The notes under the pieces are model-generated. The model was not told the origin of the DNA and did no database searches. It saw only the letters and a program-made list of their open reading frames with translations. A stretch of DNA of 64,000 nt from Octopus sinensis (taxonomy: Eukaryota): NCBI RefSeq assembly GCF_006345805.1, contig NC_043006.1, positions 70,308,001 through 70,372,000 on the forward strand, in the 5' to 3' direction. Within the stretch, counting starts at the first letter, position 1. Every line of letters starts with the position of its first letter. Shown here piece after piece: positions 48,661 to 61,789 of the stretch. The translations under genes were made by a program, and so were the position numbers.

Positions 48661-49054
48661 ATTGAAGAACATTTTTTGCCAAGCTGAGGTTAAATAACAA
48701 GTAACAACAATAAGTTCCTGGAATTTGTTAATTACAAAATGTTAGCAAAACATCAAACACACACATTTTAAATTCATGTCAAAGTACTATATCCTGGTTG
48801 GTAATGGAGACGTCTCACAGCCTTGATTTGAAGCAATTTTGAGATCCGAACACAACCAATGAGAAATGAGGACGTACCCAGAGTTCCAAGTAATATTCTG
48901 CCCTATTATTTAAGCCTGGGAATTCCAGATAATGTCATAACCTGATGATATCATCAGGATCTGGACAGAGAATGAAATAATGCTGATCTCAGAATATAGG
49001 CATACCTTCAATAACACACATACATGCATTTTCACATGTACAAATATGTGTATG

Positions 49055-49124
<70 letters not shown>

Positions 49125-49899
49125 ATAATATACATAAATATCTATTTCATTGGTCGTCTAACAGTCAAAGGCAATGAAATAGATATTTGTGTGTGTGTGT
49201 GTATGTATATATATATATATTTAAAAGAGAGTTTGTATGTGTGCATGTGTGTGTGCATATGTTCCTTTTGCATTCCAAAACCGAGTTGCCATTTTTAATG
49301 TATTGGGTATCAAAAGATTCAGTAAGCTTTTGGCTACCAGCTAAACTATATTTTCATTCACTTATTTGCATTACAAAAATTTAAGATTATCATTTTCCTT
49401 TAAGTTACCTCTCACAAAACGACGTTTTATATCACCACCACAACGACGATGACATCACATTTTCTATATGTGTTCGTACATTCATTACGTACGTTAGGCC
49501 GATGACTGACAAGTATATGCGTGTGACGGTATTTGTGTCAGTATACATACATTTTTGTGACGACTGACACACAAACATCTAAAGACACAAACAGAGACAC
49601 ACAGGGACAGAGATAGGCTTGAGGTGTGCGTAAATGTATGTCAGTGTATGTGTGTGTGTCTTGATATACGCATGTGACTTCCCACCACCCACCCACCCAA
49701 CACTCATTTTAATGAGTTGTATTTATTTATCACCTGAAGAGATACATCTGCACTACCGGATGCTCCTGAACTAGTTGTTGAGTGTTCCACCCAAGAGGAA
49801 TCAACGCAAGATGTGTCAAAACAATTGTCATGATTAATAATATATTCTCATATATTCCATCTTCTGTCTTTCATTTGCTATATATATATATATATATAT

Positions 49900-49982
<83 letters not shown>

Positions 49983-51144
49983 AAAGAGATACATGTATAA
50001 GGTATGGCTTCATTCTGCCAAAAACTTGATAAAACAAAGCAGGGGTAAGGAAAGTGGTTGGCATTAAGAAGGGCATCCAGTTGTAGAAAGCAATCCAAAA
50101 CGGATTATGGAATTTGGCTTTGCTACTGCCTGTCAAACCATGCATGGTTCCATAATAGCATGGAAAACGAGTGTTAAATGATTATGATGATGGTGGTGGT
50201 GGTGGTGTGGTGGTGGTGATGATAACAATGATGATGATGATGATGGTAGTGATGGTGGTGGAGGTGGTGGTGGTGGTGGCAGTGGCGGCGGCAGTGATGG
50301 TGGTGGTGGTAGTGGTAGTGCTGCTGCTACTGAAGAAGATGATGCTGATGGTGGTGGTGGTGGTGGTGGTGGTGGAGGTGGTCGTGATCATGGTTGTGAT
50401 CGTCATGGTCATGGTGGAGAACAACAAGCTAACCTGACTTCTTCCAATCTACAGAACAGAAGATGTTAATTCTGCCGATTTGCTGTCCTGTTTTATCTAC
50501 CACTGTGTAGATTCTAATTAATTCACTAATCAAAGAGAAAACAGGGTTTCTAGGAGAGAAGAAGGGATGGCATAAAGGCTTTTATAGCAGCAGAGGTTAA
50601 TTATCAATCAACAAGCTGAAAATGAAGGCTGACTGAAGACTGAATATGAACAATGTTGATTATCAGGCGTCTTTTCACAATATTCCACACATATGGATTC
50701 TGAAAATACTAGCCGTGAATACGGTAGCAGCAATAACAATTAAAAAAAGATCAAAGGTCTTTCCTAAGCCATACACTTAAACAGCTGGTTTGCCAGATTC
50801 TGTGGAGGATATATTCACCCCTGGATGGAACACAGGTTTGTCAAAAGGTTACTCATTTTTGTGAGCTGAGTGGACTGGGGCAGTGTAAAATGAAGTGTCT
50901 TGTTCAAGAACACAGCACACCACCTGGTGCAGGAATCATATCACTATCTTACAACCATGATAGCATATCTTTACCACCAAGCCACATGCTTCCACACCCG
51001 TAATGAATAATAAGATGTATGCAACATGTCATGAGTAAATAGCAAACAAAACCTATCTCCATTAGAAAAGTAATACTCTGCTTCTATCTAGTACTGACAT
51101 CTTTAATTGCTAAGTTAAAAGTACTGAAGTCAGTTATAAATGCT

Positions 51145-51400
51145 ATAGTAAGGCAATCAGCCATCTCTTGTATGTAGATAACCACAAATTGTTGGCTTCA
51201 AATGATAAGTAGAAACATTTCTGCAGAGAGTAGATGGATTTATGAGAAACTGATATGAGATTTGGATGAGAAAACTGCAGCAAGGCAACCTTGAAGAAAA
51301 GAGAAGCAATTAAGAACATCAATATCATGCTAGATGAAGAGGTGAGAGATAAGAGAATTAGACCAAGCATAGATGTTCAAATTCTTAGGAAACAATTAAC
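51145..51400 (+). mobile_element. Old R4-type RT fragment
   Basis: ISHLLYVDNHKLLASNDK...RFG*ENCSKATLK aligns by eye with element 2. Confidence 0.6.
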
Positions 51401-51778
51401 TAAGAAGTGTACAGCACACGCAAATGGAACAAAGAAAAAGTACAACAAAAGCAACATAGATTAGGAAATAATATTATATACATGTATTAAATTAACATTA
51501 AAACCAGAATTAAATGTATGAAATAAGGCAAGCATCTAATGCTGTAGTTGTCCTGCTAATGAGTAGCAGTTACGATATTCTCAATTAGACACAAATGAAC
51601 TAGCATAACTAGAAAGAAAAACAATAAAAATAATGAGTGTTTTTGGAGACCTAAATATGAAATAAAAAGACTGTTTACCACAAATATAATGAGCAGGGGT
51701 CTTATGTGAGTAAAATCCATTGTAAAGCATCCAGTGTAGGGTTAGAAAAATATCAAATAAAAGATCATGGAAAATTAA

Positions 51779-54020
51779 CCCTTTCATTATCGTATTTCTT
51801 CAGAAATATACTACTTTTGTAGCAATCAATATTAAAAATAATAAAGAATTTAGTAAAATAACTTTGTGAGGCACAGGTAAGAAGCTTGCTTCGCAACCAT
51901 ATGGTTCTGGTTTCAGTCCCACTACATGGCACCTTGGGCAAGTGTCATCTACTATAGCCTTGGGCCAACCAAAGGCTTGTGAGCAGATTTGATAGATGGA
52001 AACTGAAAGAAGCCCATCATAGAGTGCTAGCCTCTTTTTCCTATCCATAAAGGTGTTTTTATGATTAGCTACGCTTCTTTTTATATAATTTCCCATAGAA
52101 CTTATGTAGTAGTAATCCTGTCCCATATATTACACCTTTTCCCCTACAAAAAGAATATAAAGGACATTGTTTTCCTTTGGCACAATCACAAGTTTTATTT
52201 TTAGGAGCATTCCCTGTTTCCTGATTAATAATGCTGTGCTTGTATTCTATGTCTTCAGAGTTATCCTCGTTATATTTATTTTCTATGTTAGGAATCTTTA
52301 CTATTCATCTATCCACTTTATCATTGTTTTCCTTATCTATCGTAATACTTTGATTGTTTACTTTGTTATGTTCACTGCTGCTATAATAAATACTAGTATC
52401 AATATTTATATTATTAAAATTTGTATTTTATTATTATTTTCCTTGTTAGTATTATGCTTATTGCTTCTTCCTTTTATAGATTGTATGTTTATATAATTAG
52501 ATTTCCTTCCTTTGTTTATTATGTACCTCAAATTATCATTGAATTTTTTGCCATTTTGGTACTTAAATAATTCATTTTTATTTTCTTTACACCTATTATT
52601 ATAGAAATTATTCAATCTTTTAATATTTTGTGCAGTGATAATTTGTGCAATGTTTTTTGATATGCAAGAAATGGCCCTTAATCTGTGTGAGTTTATTACT
52701 TTATGACATTTATTTTATTCTGAAAAATGCTTGGAGACCATTTTGTGGAATAATTCTACTATATTAGTTCTAATTTGTTTTGCAAAAGGAATTATGAACC
52801 ATATTATATTATTTTCAGAATGATTTTTATGGAAGTCAATTTCATTTATACATGGGGTGTAATTTTTTACAGAATTGTTAGGAATATTACCATTTAGCTT
52901 TTCAATTCCCTTCCTTTTGTTGTTTATTGCCCTATTTTGCTTTGTATTTATATAGTTACTATAGTTACTATTATTACAGTGTTTTGATTTTGGTTTCATT
53001 TACATCTTTTTATCTTTGATTTTTATCAGTTCCTTACTGTTTCCTTCTTTGTCATGTGTGTTTGATCTATTTCCGTTTTCTATGCTTCTTGATGTTTTTA
53101 CTTATATTATTCTTATCTGATTTCTATTCTATTCTATCTATATTCTTTTTATCTTTATATTTATTTATTTCTATGTTATCACTATTCCAAATCTTGTTTT
53201 GTGTATTGTTCCCAGTTCTTGATTTTACACTTGCTCTATAGAATTTTAATTTTGTTTGTATCCAGCTTTACTTAGTGCAATGCTATAATAATTTACATTC
53301 TGTTTAAAAATTCCCTCATCCACCAAGAGATTTGAAATTCTTTTTGACATATTCTCAGCTTATTTATGTGTAGTACTTATTTGGATGGTTACTATTTACA
53401 TTAATGTACCTTAGACTAGTTTTCAGTTTATCGTATGGTTTATTGATCTACCTGTTTCTAGATCTAAGTTAATGTCCAAGAAGTTGACTGAGTTATGTTC
53501 CTTTTTGATAGTAATACATAGCGCTATATTTTTGAAAACTTTATAAAATCTCTTTTAATATATTTCTGACTTCCTATTAGAGGGGTTAACCAGGGTAAAA
53601 ATCATGTATATTTCTATGCATGTGTGTGTATATATGTGTGTGTGTGTGTATGTGTATATATATATATATGTATATGTGTGTATTATTGTGAGTGTGTGTG
53701 TGTATGTGTGTGTGAGCTTATCTATGTGTGTGTGTGTTTGTCCCTCCATCACTGCTTGACAACCAATGTTGGTGTGTTTATGTTCTGGTAAGTTAACAGT
53801 TTGGCAAAAGAGACTGATAGCTTAAAAAATAAGTCTCGGGGTCAATTTATTTGACTAAAACTCTTCAAGGTGGTGCTCCAGCATGGCCACAGTCAAATGA
53901 CTGAAGCAAGTAAAAGAAAAGAATAAAGAATTATTAAGATCTTATTTGCAGAATACTTTAAAACAGGAAGTTTATACCTTAGAACCAGAAGAAGTCTTAG
54001 TTGGGTTGGTACCAAAAGGG
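51779..54020. mobile_element. piggyBac-type MITE split by a family B SINE (51869-52020 and about 53690-53930)
   Basis: TTAA-CCC at 51775-51781 and GGG-TTAA at 54018-54024; the halves match the 26552 MITE. Confidence 0.7.
52021..53610 (-). mobile_element. Decayed Penelope-like element (RT C-terminus to GIY-YIG endonuclease)
   Basis: Minus translations VNFLDINLDLETG, SKRISNL, NIIWF.IPF..IRTNI..LF.KM.SKHF, CDCAKGKQCPL and YYYIS...NHKNTF, with many stops. Confidence 0.75.
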
Positions 54021-55129
54021 TTAATAGAAATATTCTCAAAACACAGACAGAACAATTGTCTTCCCCCTTTCAGGAAGCTGACAAATAGAGGACAGAGAAA
54101 ATAGAGAAACAGCAAAAATTGTGAATAGGTAAAATCTAATTTAAAACTGGGACAACAGAATGCCATGATAAAATAGTGACAAGAAAAGTCCCTATATGGC
54201 TAATCTTTATATATAAAACTAGCAGTATCGCCCGGCGTTGCTCGGGTTTGTAAGGGAAATAACTAAAAAGCATTTTTAGAGAATTATAGCCAAAAAATAG
54301 CAAAAAAATGCATTAAAAATGGAAAAAAAATTATAGTAAATTTTTTTTAAATCGTTGACTCATCGTAGACATTTTTAGAGAGTTACTTCCCCTATATAAT
54401 AGCGAAAAAATGCATTAAAATGGAAAAAATTGATGGTAAATTATTTTTAAAATCGTAGACTCATTGTAGACGCGCGCTAATACCCAGAAGGGCTCGATAT
54501 GAATCACGACTATAAGATACCCGGTTTTTGTTAAACTGCACTGCAAAATGTGGGAGTAGTTAGGAATCTAAATCGTAGGAGACAGACACACAACTTCACT
54601 TTTATATATAAAGATTTGTGCAACAACTAAAACATTCGGTTGTGCAAATTGTTTGCACAGGAAACCTGCCCTGTGTGGCGGTTTTTGCCATTTTTGTGGA
54701 TCTGTTTCAGCTTTTTTAGCGATTTCTGTTTTGGCGACTACAAGCCATGAAGTCATTGTTCTAGTTAGTTAGTTAGTTAATTTGGCTCAAAAGCAAATAG
54801 CAAGGCCATGTAGGGGGACATGGAGTTAAGACACAGGTCCCAATCGTTAGACCACTTCCAAATTTGGTGGAGGCATCGACGAAGATCCTCTATATTACCG
54901 CGAGGAGCGACCAGTTTGATATCGTCAGCAAATAGAAGAACGCTGGTCTCCTTGACAACGCTTTACGACGTTGATTTCCTTACACTCCCTTCCCCGAATT
55001 TGGGTAAACTGCACCGCAAAATGTGGGAGTAGTTAGGAATCTAAATCGTAGGAGACAGACACTCACACACCTTTACTTTTATATATATAGATATATATAT
55101 ATGGTCTTATGCTATATGCACACATATAT

Positions 55130-55850
55130 GTGCGTGCGCCTGCGCAAAAGTGTGACTGCGCATGCGCGAAAGTGTAACTGCGCATGCGCGAACGTGTGAC
55201 TGCGCATGCGCGAACGTGTTAATGCGCATGCGCGAACGTGTGACTGCGCGAACGTGTTAATGCGCATGCGTGAACGTGTGACTGCGCATGCGCGAACGTG
55301 TGAATGCGCATGCGAGAACGTGTGACTGCGCATGCGTGAAAGTGTGACTGCGCGTGCGCGAACGTGTGCGTGCGCATGCGTGATCGTGTGCGTGCGCATG
55401 CGCGAACGTGTGACTGCGCATGCGCGAAAGTGTGCATGTGCATGCGCGAACGTGTGACTGCGCATGCGCGAACGTGTGAATGCTCATGCGCGAACGTGTG
55501 ACTGCGCATGCGTGAAAGTGTGACTGCGCGTGCGCGAACGTGTGACTGCGCATGCGCGAACGTGTGACTGCGCATGTGCGAAAGTGTGACTGAGCATGCG
55601 CGAAAGTGTGCATGCGCATGCGCGAACGTGTGACTGCGCATGCGCGAAATGTGCGTGCGCATGCGCGACCATGTGCGTGCGCATGCGCGAACGTGTGGCT
55701 GCGCATGCGCGAACGTGTGACTGCGCATGCGCGAACGTGTGACTGCGCATGCGCGAAAGTGTGCGTGCGCATGCGCGATCGTGTGCGTGCGCAAGCGCGA
55801 TCGTGTGCGTGCGCATGCGCGAACGTGTGACTGCGCATGTGCAGTCACAC
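55130..55850. repeat. About 22-bp CpG-rich minisatellite (GCGCATGCGCGAACGTGTGACT), array 1
   Basis: Direct reading. Confidence 0.95.
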
Positions 55851-56188
55851 TTTACGAGGGAGGGAAGAAGGGGGAGAAGCAACACAGGTGTAGGTGTGAG
55901 CATGGACGCCTACTCCGCCGCCATCGACACACGAAAAAATATGCGTTAAAATGGAAAAAAAATTATCGTAAATTATTTTTTTAATTGTAGACTCATCGTA
56001 GACGCGCGCTAATACCCAGACGGGCTCGATATGAATCACGACTATAAGATACCCGAATTTGGTTAAACTGCACCGCAAAATGTGGGAGTAGTTAGGAATC
56101 TAAATCGTAGGAGACAGACACTCACACAACTTCACTTTTATATATATAGATATATATATATGGTCTTATGCTATATGCGCACATATAT

Positions 56189-56921
56189 GTGCGTGCGCCT
56201 GCGCAAAAGTGTGACTGAGCATGCGCGAAAGTGTAACTGCGCATGCGCGAACGTGTGACTGCGCATGCGCGAACGTGTTAATGCGCATGCGCGAATGTGT
56301 GACTGCGCAAGCGCGAACGTGTTAATGCGCATGCGTGAACGTGTGACTGCGCATGCGCGAACGTGTGAATGCGCATGCGAGAACGTGTGACTGCGCATGC
56401 GTGAAAGTGTGACTGCGCGTGCGCGAACGTGTGCGTGCGCATGCGTGATCGTGTGCGTGCGCATGCGCGAACGTGTGACTGCGCATGCGCGAAAGTGTGC
56501 ATGCGCATGCGCATGCGCGAACGTGTGACTGCGCATGCGCGAACGTGTGAATGCTCATGCGCGAACGTGTGACTGCGCATGCGTGAAAGTGTGACTGCGC
56601 GTGCGCGAACGTGTGACTGCGCATGCGCGAACGTGTGACTGCGCATGTGCGAAAGTGTGACTGAGCATGCGCGAAAGTGTGCATGCGCATGCGCGAACGT
56701 GTGACTGCGCATGCGCGAAATGTGCGTGCGCATGCGCGACCATGTGCGTGCGCATGCGCGAACGTGTGGCTGCGCATGCGCGAACGTGTGACTGCGCATG
56801 CGCGAACGTGTGACTGCGCATGCGCGAAAGTGTGCGTGCGCATGCGCGATCGTGTGCGTGCGCATGCGCGATCGTGTGCGTGCGCATGCGCGAACGTGTG
56901 ACTGCGCATGTGCAGTCACAC
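56189..56921. repeat. About 22-bp CpG-rich minisatellite, array 2
   Basis: Near-identical to array 1, including the order of variant units. Confidence 0.95.
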
Positions 56922-57220
56922 TTTACGAGGGAGGGAAGAAGGGGGAGAAGCAACACAGGTGTAGGTGTGAGCATGGACGCCTACTCCGCCGCCATCGACA
57001 CACGAAAAAATATGCGTTAAAATGGAAAAAAATTATCGTAAATTATTTTTTTAATTGTAGACTCATCGTAGACGCGCGCTAATACCCAGACGGGCTCGAT
57101 ATGAATCACGACTATAAGATACCCGAATTTGGTTAAACTGCACCGCAAAATGTGGGAGTAGTTAGGAATCTAAATCGTAGGAGACAGACACTCACACAAC
57201 TTCACTTTTATATATATAGA

Positions 57221-57495
57221 TTAAAGTTGTGTGTGTGAGACTCTGTCTCCTCTGATTTAGATTCCTAACTACTCTCACATTTTGCACTGCAGTTTAACCA
57301 AAAGCAGGTATCCTATAGTCGTCGTTCATATCGAGCCCTTCTGGGTATTAGCGCGTCTACAATGAGTCTACAATTTAAAAAAAAATTTACCATCATTTTT
57401 CCGCATTTTTAATGATTTTTGATTGGGTTATATAAGGGAAGTAACTCTCTAAAAATGCTTATATAGTTATTTCCCTTACAAACCCGAGCAACGGT
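57221..57495 (+). mobile_element. Older plus-strand Helitron body whose 5' tip (TCTTTATATATAAAA) lies at 54204-54218
   Basis: Homologous to 11480-11991; truncated within the 3' hairpin. Confidence 0.75.
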
Positions 57496-57569
57496 GGATG
57501 TAGGACAAGAAAAGTTTTATCACTGGTAGAGAAGTGCAGGACCCCTAACTGAGACTGAAGGATTATACA

Positions 57570-57940
57570 TAACAATACAGGACCAAAGCCTCACCATTAG
57601 AAACTCCAAATGGTTGTAAGAAGCAGTATGTAGAAAGTAACTTCAGAGTATGTAAAGATGGGGTGAAACAATTAACCATATTGTCTCTGGCTGGTTAATG
57701 TTAGCCAAAAAAAGAATATGTACATAGGCATGAGAGAGTTGGGGGCTTACTTATATAAAATGGCTGTTATACCAGCTTTATGATATATCAATGGAAAAGT
57801 GATTGTATAAATATATCCAAGAAAAGGTAAAAGAGAATGGTAAAGGAACTATATTCTAGGAGATGCCAATACACTCAGTTGCGAAGAGCAAGGTCAATCA
57901 ACTCAATATTATTATCAAGGACTACAAAGAAAAGGAATGA
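57570..57940 (+). mobile_element. Old R4-type zinc-knuckle/RLE fragment
   Basis: QDQSL, RVCKDGV.TINHIVSG, LAKKEYVHRHERVG motifs with frameshifts. Confidence 0.65.
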
Positions 57941-58356
57941 TTTCTAATCAAAGTATCTGTTGCTACAGTTGATAAATTATCTCTTGACACTTTAGTATTC
58001 AGATTACTCTGTCAAAATCTAATGCTTATTTATTCATATTGTTTTGATTAATCATGCATTATCTCAGAGATGAGATTTTGATGATATGATTGTTTATTTT
58101 CAGAATGACACTGTAGGGTAGGTCTGAGAGGCTGATTCGGGTCAGTTTTAACATAAAACACATAGAATGTTTGAGCGAGGCATGGCCAGTTTAAATCCTA
58201 AAGGGTGCTTGAATGTATAGATATGTTTATAAAACCTTATTTTAAAATAACTTTTAGTAAGCCTTATAATCTTATACAGAAGGACTACATTTACCACAAA
58301 CACAGTGAGTAGGGGTCTTAACACAGCTAGAAAACTAGTGAAAAGCATCTGGTCAA

Positions 58357-58570
58357 GGTGGTGAGCTGGTAGAATTGTTAGTTTGATGGACAAGATGCTT
58401 AGCTACATTTCTTTTGACTTATATATTCTGCATTCAAATTCTGACAAATTTAACTTTGCCTTTCATTCTTTTAGGGTCGATAAAATAAGTACCAGTTGAG
58501 ATCTTGGGTCGATGTAATCGAATGTCCCTTTTCCAACAAATTTTAGACCTTATGCCTATAGTAGAAAGAA
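58357..58570 (+). mobile_element. Family C SINE
   Basis: Family core present. Confidence 0.75.
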
Positions 58571-59362
58571 TAACAAAATATCTAATCTGGTAGATTATAC
58601 AAGATGTCTAAGCTCAATAAATTAATGCTTTAGAAAGGCACATATTACTGATAGGCCAGATATTAGCTTTGTTGCATATATATAGAGATGAGAAAACTTT
58701 TGTGTAATCATACTGTAAAGATATCTTTTGTTTATACTGATTATGGAGACAGCAAAGTTTTTGTGCACCTGTAGCTCATTTTAAAACTATCTCCATTCAG
58801 TATCTAATGATATCTATGGTCTGTGAAGAACTGTTTCTTTATAAGGCTTTGGAAAATTTTAGAAACTTTAGAATGAACATTTAAACTATAGAGAGGATTA
58901 TACCATGTAATATTCCATTCACTTATTCATCAATACTAATACTTCATTAGCTGCCTTACTTACTTACATGTGTTTTATACATCTAATACTGACTTCTCAG
59001 AAAGATTCTGTGAATAGTTAGAGATATTTTTCTATTACTATATATTGTTATTCATATTTTTACCTTATTTTTATTTCTCTCTCTTTCACATTGATATATC
59101 ATAAAGTAGCACATATTGTGCTACTTTTGTAAAATTTGAGCATGAGTGATATTTGATAGATGATTTAAGTCATTGTGAAAATGAAGAATATGAAAGAGGA
59201 CAGCATTTCTCTGACTTTTCAGCTCATGGGAGGAAAAAGACTTCTTTCCAACCGCTGACTCATAGTCTTACTTTCTGAAGTCTGTTTTTATTATTAGTAT
59301 TAGCCTAACAAAGTTGCAGTTGATTGAATAACATGTTATTTATATTATTTTTATTCATTTAT

Positions 59363-59725
59363 TACCTCTGCCTTCGCTAAGGTAGAGGGTTTTTTTCAGT
59401 TGTGTTTGTTTGTCTGTGGGCAAGATGTCTCAAGAACTGCTGGATGGATTCGAATGGAACTTTCAGTGATGTTTGGCCTCATGACTGCCACAAACTGATT
59501 AGATTTTGGGATTGATTCAGTACCAGACAAGGATTCTGGTTTATTTTTCTGTTTTTTTTTTTACTTAATTTTTGAGAGCGGTCAGGTTCATTTTTAGTAT
59601 TCTCATTTGTGAGAGCAGTCGAGTTTATTTCAGATATTCTCATTTTAAAAATCATCTCTGGCTAATCGTCGAGAGGATGTTGGTGTTGCCTTGGTGAAGA
59701 TTTGTACTCTCTGAGTGCTCTTCTT
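59363..59725 (+). mobile_element. Helentron/HINE-like non-autonomous element
   Basis: Starts TTACCTCTGCCTTCGCTAAGGTAGAGG, has GTTTGTTTGTCTG microsatellite, ends GCCTTGGTGAAGATTTGTACTCTCTGAGTGCTCTTC; resemblance recalled, not searched. Confidence 0.55.
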
Positions 59726-59789
59726 ATATATTTATTTGATTTTATATTTCCATATGGTTATAGTTAGTTCACATTACTCCATAAGGAGC

Positions 59790-60136
59790 ACAGGACTGGT
59801 TTCTTGGTTTCTCTGGTGTATCTGTTCCACCCTGGACAGGACACTGGTCCATCACAAGAATTGCTCATTTTTACCAGCTGGAGCAACATGATACAATGTG
59901 TCTGCTCAGGAACACAGTGCACTGCCCACTCCATGAATCAAAACCGCTATCTATCGATCATGAGTCCAACACCCTAACCACCAAGCCATGCATCTCCATA
60001 GCTTGCTAACCAAACACATGGTTCCGGGTTCAGTCCTACTGCATGGCACCTTGGGCGAGTGTCTTCTGCTATAGCCTCAGGCCGACCAAAGCCTTGTGAG
60101 TGGATTTGGTAGATGGAAACTGAAAGAAGCCTGTTG

Positions 60137-60168
<32 letters not shown>

Positions 60169-60390
60169 CTTGTGTGTCCGTGTCCCCCCCCCTCGCTTGA
60201 CAACCAATGCTGGTGTGTTTACATCCCCGTAACTTAGCGGTTCAGCAAAAGAGACAGATAGAATAAGTACTAAGTTTACAAAGAATAAGTCCTGGAGTCT
60301 ATTTGCTCAACTAAAGGCGGTGCTCTAGCATGGCTGTAGTCAAATGACTGAAACAAGTAAAAGAATAAAAGAATAAAAGAACAAAAGAAT
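59790..60390. mobile_element. Family A SINE (minus, to about 59998) abutting a family B SINE (plus)
   Basis: Family blocks, heads back to back. Confidence 0.75.
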
Positions 60391-60968
60391 ATATTTTCAT
60401 TACCTGAATATTCTTCTAAATAGTTTCTGGCTTCATTCTTCAAATTTCATTCGAAGATTGGAGACCTGAGACTCAGAGTTACATAATTTGAAATTTCAAA
60501 TTTAATAAACCACATATTTCGACATTCTGTTTTCAGTAATGAATAGTCTCTCCCGGACCCTATATTGTTTGTCTTAGAATCTTTATGCTCAAGTGTTTAG
60601 ATACAAACACATTTGTAGGTAAATGTGTGCACGTGTGTGTGTGTGTATGTGCGTGTGCATGTGCATGTGTGTGTGTTTGCGCGTGTGTGTGTGTGTGTGT
60701 GTTTTCTGCGTGTGATGTGCTTTGTGCAGCCATTCTTTTTATTCATTTATTCTTTTAATTGTTTCAGTCATTTAACTTATTTTCTAAGCCCGGTACTTAT
60801 TCAGTCAGTTTCTGTTGCTGACCTGCTACATTATGAAGATGTAAACACACCAACACTGGTTGTTAAGCAGTGATAGGGGACAAATACAGACACAAGGACA
60901 CACACACACACAGACACATAGATACATACATACATATATATATATATACACATACACACACACACATG

Positions 60969-61017
<49 letters not shown>

Positions 61018-61093
61018 TATATATACATATACACAGATACATATATACATATACATACATACACACATACATATATATATATATACATATATA

Positions 61094-61472
61094 CATCATC
61101 ATCATCATCATCATCATTTAACGTCCGCTTTCCATGCTAGCATGGTTTGGACGGTTCAACTGGGGTCTGGGGAGCCCGAAGGCTGCACCAGGCCAGTCAG
61201 ATCTGGCAGTGTTTCTACAGCTGGATGCCCTTCCTAACGCCAACCACTCCGAGAGTGTAGTGGGTGATTTTATGTGCCACCAACACAGGTGCCAGACGAG
61301 GCTGGCGAACGGCCACGCTCGGATGGTGTTTTTATGTGCCACCGACACAGGTGCCAGACGAGGCTGGCGAACGGCCACGCTCGGATGGTGTTTTTATGTG
61401 CCACCGACACAGGTGCCAGACGAGGCTGACGAACGGCCACGATCGGATGGTGTTTCTTACGTGCCCACAGCA
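61094..61472 (-). mobile_element. RTE-type 3' end with three 62-bp tandem units
   Basis: (CAT)n tail; ATGTGCC at 61272, 61334 and 61396. Confidence 0.8.
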
Positions 61473-61520
61473 ATATATATATATACATATACACAGATAC
61501 ATATATACATATACATACAT

Positions 61521-61574
<54 letters not shown>

Positions 61575-61789
61575 ATATATTTATACACACACACACACAT
61601 ATCATGGACTCTCCTATCGTTAGACAATGTATGAGTGTATGGCAATTTCTTGCCGAGCAACCACACAGATGGTTTGTTTATAGTGATCAAATGCTTGTGT
61701 ACACTTAAGCTCACTCCCTCCATCAAATTGACTTTAACTCTTCCTCTGTCTATGTTTCTCTGCCTTTCACTGACTCTCACTCAACCTTT

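Larger units (their letters stand above)
54219..57220 (-). mobile_element. Composite non-autonomous Helitron array: four 5' TC ends, one 3' hairpin-CTAG
   Basis: CTAG at 54219-54222 with adjacent hairpin; 5' TCT(T/A)TATATAT... starts at 54614, 55091, 56150 and 57220; inserted between A(54218) and T(57221). Confidence 0.85.

Noticed and set aside
49725-49780. CACCTGAAGAGAT (and CACCTGAGGAGAT near 39228) as hammerhead cores
   Set aside because: No GAAA and NUH in the required positions.
55112-57082. His/Ala/Arg-rich ORFs of about 200 aa
   Set aside because: Open frames produced by the stop-free 22-bp minisatellite.
61270-61460. CRISPR-like or other spacer arrays among the 42-, 60-, 62- and 68-bp repeats
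   Set aside because: Contiguous tandem units without unique spacers, in a eukaryotic context with no cas genes.
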